Of a DNA stretch of 21,793 bases, positions 16,431-21,793 are shown in pieces (within the stretch, counting starts at the first letter, position 1; each line of letters opens with the position of its first letter). Under the pieces are notes generated by a model. That model made no database searches. It saw nothing but the letters and a program-made list of their open reading frames with translations, and had not been told where the DNA came from. Source of the stretch: an uncultured bacterium (lineage in GTDB: Bacteria > Krumholzibacteriota > Krumholzibacteriia > Krumholzibacteriales > Krumholzibacteriaceae); contig CBDUYR010000047.1 of assembly GCA_965371515.1 (NCBI GenBank), positions 1 to 21,793 of the forward strand, in the 5' to 3' direction. The translations under genes were made by a program, and so were the position numbers.

Positions 16431-17558
16431 CTAGTATTCCTGGAGGACCTTCTCCCACTCGCGCGCGACGTTGATACGGTGCTTCACCAGGTCGATGATC
16501 TTCGTGTTCCCTGTCTTCTCACGGAGCTCTTCCCACTCGGCGATCGCCTGTTCGACCTCGCCGAGACGTGCGTGCAGGTATCCCTTGATAAATATCGCCT
16601 TCTGGTTGTTCGGCCTCATTTCCCTCGCCTTCCTCAGGTAGACGAGAGCCTCGCTGAGCCGGTCCATCTTGTAGTATATCTCGCCGAGCATACGCAAAGC
16701 CTCGAAGTTTTCCTGGTCGATCTGCATGGCTTTCTCGAATTCCGCCGCCGCTTTTTCGAGATTGAGTCGACTGTAGTAGTTCCGGCCCTTCCGGAGCAGT
16801 TCCTCGATTCGCTTCTCGTTACCCGCTCCGACCTCGGGATCGATATCGTCGGTGACCAATTCGATCACGTCCATGACCACGAGTCCGTAGATAAGCTTGC
16901 TGGCGCTGAACAACTCTTCGCCGACTTTATCGTTGATCTCGTTGACAGACTTGTTTCCGTCGATCAACGAGAGGATCTCCCACTCTTTCGGCTTGAGGTT
17001 AAGGGCCTGGCCCTCCTCGTTACCCTGGCAGAGACTGAAGACAGAGTGTCTCGATGGCACCTTGTTCTTGATATTCGACCACTCGTCGATGCGTCTTGCG
17101 CCCTCGAGGATAAGGTTCTCCGTGTTGAGTCTGACGATGACTTCCCGCCTCTCGTCGAGTTCCTCCTCGATGAAGCGGCAATCACCCTTCTCCCACTTGA
17201 GGATGTCGTAGACCGATTCGCGGATCCTCGCTCCGAAAAAGTTCTCGAGATGGTTTCCGGAAGAGATTCCGAGCGCCTCGAGACATTCGATGAGGCTCTT
17301 GTATTTGGGAAGCGCCTTCTCGATCTCCACTATCGAGCCCGAGTCCGTGACTCCCCATTCCTCGAGGAGATCCACTATCGATCTGGGCGACCTGTCATGT
17401 ATCGACGCCATACATATCGAGCCACTATCGAAGAGTATGAGGGCCTCGCGGCTGCCTTCGACGTCGGTGATGATCAGCCTGCCGGTCTTCTCGTTCATGT
17501 AAAGGACCTGGAACAGGTCGAACAGCCCGAGTTCTTCGATTGATGCCTGGATCGCCAT
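16431..17558 (-). CDS. DUF4388 (PatA-N-like) domain protein with C-terminal TPR repeats
   Basis: MAIQASIEELGLFDLFQVL…KTGRL, WEKGDCRF, ENLILEGARRIDEW, EWEILSLIDG..SVNEI, followed by about three TPRs. Confidence 0.85.
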   Translation of the reverse strand: MAIQASIEELGLFDLFQVLYMNEKTGRLIITDVEGSREALILFDSGSICMASIHDRSPRSIVDLLEEWGVTDSGSIVEIEKALPKYKSLIECLEALGISSGNHLENFFGARIRESVYDILKWEKGDCRFIEEELDERREVIVRLNTENLILEGARRIDEWSNIKNKVPSRHSVFSLCQGNEEGQALNLKPKEWEILSLIDGNKSVNEINDKVGEELFSASKLIYGLVVMDVIELVTDDIDPEVGAGNEKRIEELLRKGRNYYSRLNLEKAAAEFEKAMQIDQENFEALRMLGEIYYKMDRLSEALVYLRKAREMRPNNQKAIFIKGYLHARLGEVEQAIAEWEELREKTGNTKIIDLVKHRINVAREWEKVLQEY

Positions 17559-17579
17559 TGTCCGTTTTCCTTTCGGCTT

Positions 17580-19469
17580 CTACAGATCGATCTCGAGGTC
17601 CTCCAGAAGATCGACGGAATCGTCGTCTTCCGATGCGGACATATCCTTTATCTTCTTCACGCCGGACTTCTTCTTCGTGTCCGCCGTTTTGTTTTCCTTC
17701 GTCGATGTCGATCCAGCTGCCGGTTCCTCGACGGGGGCTTTCACCTCAGCAGGGATCGCGGCTGCGGGAGCGGCTTTCGCGGACGCAGGGCTGTTCTTCA
17801 TCTTCTCCAGGTACTTCTTTCCGTCGACTACGAACGACTCGAGACTCTCGCGGATCTTGTCGAACCTGCGGCTCACTCCGGCCTGCAGCAGCTCGATGAG
17901 CTCGTCGTCGGGCTCGTTGCGAAACTTCGAGTCGACCCGGACGGAATCGACCGTGACATGTTCCCCGTGAGATATGAGGAAATACATGCCTGTGTACTCC
18001 GGATAGATCGCAGCGCCATCGAGTATGCTCTGGATCGCTCCCTTGAAATTGTCCTCTCTTAGATATATAAGGCCCTTGAGATAGTGAGCGTCGGCATGAT
18101 GCTTGTCGCAGGCCAGGGCGCTCTCGATATCGAACAGGGCCAGCGTCATCCTGTTGAGCTTGTAATGAAGCAGCGCCCTCTTCTCGTAGAGGATCGCGCT
18201 CTTCCCCGTGAAGGCCTCGAGCCTCTGCAGGAGGTTCTCCGCCATCAGGTATTCTTCGCGGAAAAGGATGCTGGTGAGGTAGTTGTAGTTCAACTCGAGG
18301 TTGTACAGGTTGAGGTTCAGTCCCTTCTTGAACATCCTCTCAGCCTCCTCGATCAGTCCTACCTGATAAAGGAGCACTCCGAGGTCGTTCATCGTGTCGG
18401 CGTCGGCCGAGTTAAGCCTGAACGCCTGCAGGTAGCAGACCGCCGCCATCCTGTGGTCTCCCGCCTCGTGATAGACAGTCCCGCAGAGCAGGAATGCCTC
18501 GGGATTATCGGGATTCTCCTCCAATGCCTTTAACAGGAGCTCCAGGGCCTCCACCCCGTCCTTTTCGGCGAGATGCACCTTGCCCATCTCGACATAGACG
18601 CGATCTTTTTCGGACATGTCCTGCAGGGCCTTGCGGAACTCCTTCAGGGCTTCCTTGAAATAGCCGCGTTCCCTGTAGGCTGTACCGAGAGTAAACGCCG
18701 TACTCTCGAGGCTCGGGATGTCCTGACCCGAGCTTCGGCCGCGCTCGCCGTCATCGTCGGAAAGCGCGAGGTTGGCCTCCGTGTTCTGGAAAGATGGGTT
18801 GAGCTTGGACGCCACGCGGCTCTCCTCCAGGGCTTCCTGGTAGTGACCGATGTCGCCGAAGGCAAACGAGAGCAGGAAGTGCGAGCGCCAGTAGTCGGCG
18901 TCGATCTTGATCGCGTTCCGCAGCTCGGATATCGCTTCATCTGTCCTTCCGAGGTTATAGTAGATCTCACCGAGATCGGTATGGAACACGGCCGACTTGC
19001 TGACATTGTCCTCAGCGTTGAGGAAATGCTCGAGCGCCTGCTGGTGCAGTCCCTGCGCCTTGAGTACCGAGCCGAAGCGAATCCTTGCCATGTAGTGGTC
19101 GGGATTTTTTTCCACGACCTGGCCGAGCGTCTCGGCAGCTTCATTGAGCCAGCCCATGTTCTGATAGCTCACACCGAGCCTCAGGAGGGCCTCTACGTTG
19201 GAGGGAGCTTCCTCGACCTCTTTCTTCCACTTGCTTACGTCGGGATCCTCCATCTTAGTCTCTGAAAAGAGATAAAGAAGGTTTTCCCTTGCCAGTTCAA
19301 ATCTCGGATCGATCTTCAAAGCATCCTTGAACTGCTTTATCGCCTCGTCGTACACGCCCTTTCGGTAGTAGAGCACACCGAGGTTGTTCAAAGCCCCGGG
19401 GTCATTTCGATCGACCCTTTCGGCAAAGCCCAGAAGAACGCTCCTCTCTTGATTTTTACGTTCGGGCAT
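17580..19469 (-). CDS. Multi-TPR protein with low-complexity, acidic C-terminal tail
   Basis: Repeated TPR consensus (ALNNLGVLYYRKGVYDEAIKQFKDALKIDP and others); tail rich in A/P/K ending SEDDDSVDLLEDLEIDL. Confidence 0.88.
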   Translation of the reverse strand: MPERKNQERSVLLGFAERVDRNDPGALNNLGVLYYRKGVYDEAIKQFKDALKIDPRFELARENLLYLFSETKMEDPDVSKWKKEVEEAPSNVEALLRLGVSYQNMGWLNEAAETLGQVVEKNPDHYMARIRFGSVLKAQGLHQQALEHFLNAEDNVSKSAVFHTDLGEIYYNLGRTDEAISELRNAIKIDADYWRSHFLLSFAFGDIGHYQEALEESRVASKLNPSFQNTEANLALSDDDGERGRSSGQDIPSLESTAFTLGTAYRERGYFKEALKEFRKALQDMSEKDRVYVEMGKVHLAEKDGVEALELLLKALEENPDNPEAFLLCGTVYHEAGDHRMAAVCYLQAFRLNSADADTMNDLGVLLYQVGLIEEAERMFKKGLNLNLYNLELNYNYLTSILFREEYLMAENLLQRLEAFTGKSAILYEKRALLHYKLNRMTLALFDIESALACDKHHADAHYLKGLIYLREDNFKGAIQSILDGAAIYPEYTGMYFLISHGEHVTVDSVRVDSKFRNEPDDELIELLQAGVSRRFDKIRESLESFVVDGKKYLEKMKNSPASAKAAPAAAIPAEVKAPVEEPAAGSTSTKENKTADTKKKSGVKKIKDMSASEDDDSVDLLEDLEIDL

Positions 19470-19491
19470 ATCAGGTCCTTTCGATCCTCCC

Positions 19492-19869
19492 TCAGACGTT
19501 CTGAACCTGGTTGAGGATCTTGGAAACCACTTCGATCACTCTCGAAGGGTTGAAGGGCTTGATCAGAAAGTCTTTCGCTCCGGCCGCCATTGCGTCCTGA
19601 ACGAGAGCCTGCTGGCCGAGCGCGCTGCACATGACGATCTTCGCCTGCAAGTCGTTCGCTATGATCTGGCGCACCGCATCGATCCCGTTCATCTCGGGCA
19701 TAATGATGTCCATTATTACGAGATCGGGCTTGAGTTCCTTGTATTTCTCAACGGCGAGCGCGCCCGTGTCGGCCTCTCCGACGACCTCCATGTCATTCCC
19801 CTCGAGAATGTCCGAAATCATCTTCCTCATGAAGATCGCGTCATCCACTACCAATACTCTGGGTTTCAC
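19492..19869 (-). CDS. cheY: Chemotaxis response regulator CheY
   Basis: Stand-alone receiver: VLVVDDAIFMRKMI, MDIIMPEMNG, MCSALGQ, KPF; GTG start with AAGGAG RBS. Confidence 0.9.
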   Translation of the reverse strand: MKPRVLVVDDAIFMRKMISDILEGNDMEVVGEADTGALAVEKYKELKPDLVIMDIIMPEMNGIDAVRQIIANDLQAKIVMCSALGQQALVQDAMAAGAKDFLIKPFNPSRVIEVVSKILNQVQNV

Positions 19870-19887
19870 TGTTGTCTCCTTTCTCTT

Positions 19888-20505
19888 CTAATCAACATTT
19901 ATCGCTTCGAAAATCGTTTCGATAGAATCCGACGTTGGTATAAAGAACAGAAATCCTTTGACCTTGTTCTCGGTAAATGCAAATGCCGTCTCCAGAACGA
20001 TCGCGTAATCCGATTCCAGGCTCAGGTCGACCAGGATCGAATCCATAACCGCGCCGAGCATGTCGTATGAGACCTGGGGAACGGAGTGCATAATCTTCTT
20101 TCCGAGAAATGTCGAGAAGATGTTCAGATAGCAGCCACACATGATGTTGCCGATCTCCTTCAGGGTGGAGAGAGCAAACTCGTCGGTTATATTCGGTCCC
20201 TCGACGCGCTGGCCCGTTGCCATCTCGACCATCTTTTCCGCCTCGGGATGAGGGAACAACAGGAACATCATGCCCCTGAAATTTTCGCTGTAGCCCTCAA
20301 GGTAAACGACGGAAATCATCGATTCCGGGCCGTTAAACAGCGTGTAGATGATCTGAAGCGGGATGATATCCACGTTCGTTATGGAGACATCGATCCTCCT
20401 CTTCAACAGTTCCGCGAGCCCGGTGATGGCATGCGCCGAGCCGATGTTCCCGAGCTCCTTCAATGCGTCGATCCTCAGATACGACGGCCTCTTAATGGGG
20501 CTCAT
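19888..20505 (-). CDS. cheC: CheY-P phosphatase CheC
   Basis: Two E-x-x-N sites (DALKELGNIG, STLKEIGNIM) and SVPQV…DMLGA. Confidence 0.9.
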   Translation of the reverse strand: MSPIKRPSYLRIDALKELGNIGSAHAITGLAELLKRRIDVSITNVDIIPLQIIYTLFNGPESMISVVYLEGYSENFRGMMFLLFPHPEAEKMVEMATGQRVEGPNITDEFALSTLKEIGNIMCGCYLNIFSTFLGKKIMHSVPQVSYDMLGAVMDSILVDLSLESDYAIVLETAFAFTENKVKGFLFFIPTSDSIETIFEAINVD

Positions 20506-21793
20506 TCAGACACCTTCCTTTGAATAGAGAACGTGGATCCCAAATAAAAGCTATTCTTCCACTGCCAAGAATCGTCGCGCCGGTGATACCGCTGGCTCCG
20601 CGAATCAGCGAAGGCAGCCCCTTGATCACGATTTCCTGATGACCGAGTATCTTCTTTGTCACCAGGCCGACCTTCCCGTTTCCGGTGTCGACGAGAATCA
20701 GCTTTATGTACCGCGAATCGCCTGCGGGCGTCTCAATGCCGAACAGATCGTCCGGCCTCACGATCGGCACGACCTCATCGGCGTACTGTATGACTTCACG
20801 TCCCATTACTGTCCTGAACGAATCACGCTCCAGGCGCGATGTCTCGCATATGTATTCGGCCGGAAGGGCGTGCACCTCATCCCCGGCCTCGAAGAGAAGC
20901 GCCTTGATTATCGAAACGTTGATCGGAAGCTGAAGCGAGACCGTCGTTCCTATTCCAGGCTCGCTGTGGAGCTTCATCGATCCTCCGAGCGCGTTTACCG
21001 CTTCCCTCGCAACGTTCATGCCGACTCCCCTGCCGGAGAACGTACTTACTTCCTCACGAGTCGAAAATCCTGGTGTGGAAAGCACTCTGCAGAGCTCGTC
21101 GTCGCTCATCGATTCGACTTTCGCCCCGTCCATCTCGATCTGCTTCTTCTCGAGGACCTTTTCGATGTCTATCCCCCTGCCGTCGTCGGTCACCTGGAGA
21201 ACGACGAAATTCCTGTCCCTCTTGGCGCTGAGTACGATTCTGGCCGTTTCGGGCTTGCCGAGGTTTATCCTCTCTCCGGGAGACTCGATGCCGTGGTCAA
21301 TGGCATTGCGGAGAAGATGGATGAGCGGATCGACCATCGCCTCGAGCACGGTCCTGTCCAGGCCGATGTCAGCGCCCACGATATCGAGCCTGGCGCTCTT
21401 CTCGAGGGCCAGCGAGGAATCCCTGACGAGCCTCTTGAAACGCTGGAAGACCTGGCCGACCGGTATCAGCCTTGCCTCCATCACTTCCTTCTGAATCTCC
21501 GAAATCAACTTTCCCGAGGAGGATAGCTCTTCGTTGAGCGATTTCGATCCGATCTTCCCCGCCAGACTGGCAAGTTTTATCCTGCTGATTATCAGTTCCC
21601 CGACCAGGTCCATCAGGGCATCGAGCCGTTCGAGATCGACCCTCGTCGAAGTGACCCTCTCCTCGAAGTTGCCCTTCGAGGCGGTCATTTCCGGATCGTT
21701 CCCTGCAGCGATGGTATCTTTCTCTTCCGGATCCTCATCGGCCGGATTATTCTTGAGGATCCTGGTCGTCATCGGCGAGAGCAGCACGAAGAA
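20492..21793 (-). CDS. cheA: Chemotaxis histidine kinase CheA (5' part with HPt domain lies outside the window)
   Basis: RVDLERLDALMDLVGELII (P3), HLLRNAIDHGIE, DDGRGID, PGFST, SGRGVGM (P4), and CheW-like P5 with GATILGSG. Confidence 0.93.
   Translation of the reverse strand, partial: FFVLLSPMTTRILKNNPADEDPEEKDTIAAGNDPEMTASKGNFEERVTSTRVDLERLDALMDLVGELIISRIKLASLAGKIGSKSLNEELSSSGKLISEIQKEVMEARLIPVGQVFQRFKRLVRDSSLALEKSARLDIVGADIGLDRTVLEAMVDPLIHLLRNAIDHGIESPGERINLGKPETARIVLSAKRDRNFVVLQVTDDGRGIDIEKVLEKKQIEMDGAKVESMSDDELCRVLSTPGFSTREEVSTFSGRGVGMNVAREAVNALGGSMKLHSEPGIGTTVSLQLPINVSIIKALLFEAGDEVHALPAEYICETSRLERDSFRTVMGREVIQYADEVVPIVRPDDLFGIETPAGDSRYIKLILVDTGNGKVGLVTKKILGHQEIVIKGLPSLIRGASGITGATILGSGRIAFIWDPRSLFKGRCLNEPH

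Noticed and set aside
16479..17543. 354-aa plus-strand ORF, and similar ones at 9321-10103, 12415-13224 and 20639-21526
   Set aside because: Codon-aligned antisense shadows of well-supported minus-strand genes.
1..21793. Alternative genetic code (UGA=Trp/Gly), CRISPR arrays, tRNA/rRNA genes, transposases
   Set aside because: Many genes end in TGA at expected positions and only one in-frame TGA was found; no repeat-spacer array or RNA gene was apparent by eye.

Overview
Bacterial window of about 55-60% GC (estimated by eye), densely coding and mostly on the minus strand. The gene content (T9SS-type C-terminal tail, S46 peptidase, SpoIIE/STAS genes, DUF4388/TPR genes beside che genes) suggests an FCB-group organism, possibly an anaerobic candidate lineage; this is inference only. 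From the left: the 3' end of a T9SS-tailed protein and its terminator, a membrane PP2C/SpoIIE phosphatase, a DMT transporter, an S46 dipeptidyl peptidase, a STAS anti-anti-sigma factor, a Zn-dependent alcohol dehydrogenase, and a dual-CxxC disulfide oxidoreductase. Next comes a co-oriented minus-strand run, read in transcription order as peroxiredoxin > aromatic-amino-acid decarboxylase > low-GC GT-C-like/TPR membrane protein > esterase-like remnant > reductive dehalogenase rdhA > rdhB. The window ends with a PhzF-like protein, an HdeD-like protein and a cheA-cheC-cheY-TPR-DUF4388/TPR cluster. Highlights: (1) the peroxiredoxin split into two ORFs by the track is one selenoprotein (in-frame UGA at the peroxidatic site plus a SECIS-like hairpin), lacks the C-terminal resolving Cys and has two strong in-frame starts; (2) a Tat-type rdhAB pair in an unusual neighbourhood; (3) an unannotated esterase C-terminal remnant directly upstream of rdhA; (4) a chemosensory cluster coupled to TPR and DUF4388 proteins.
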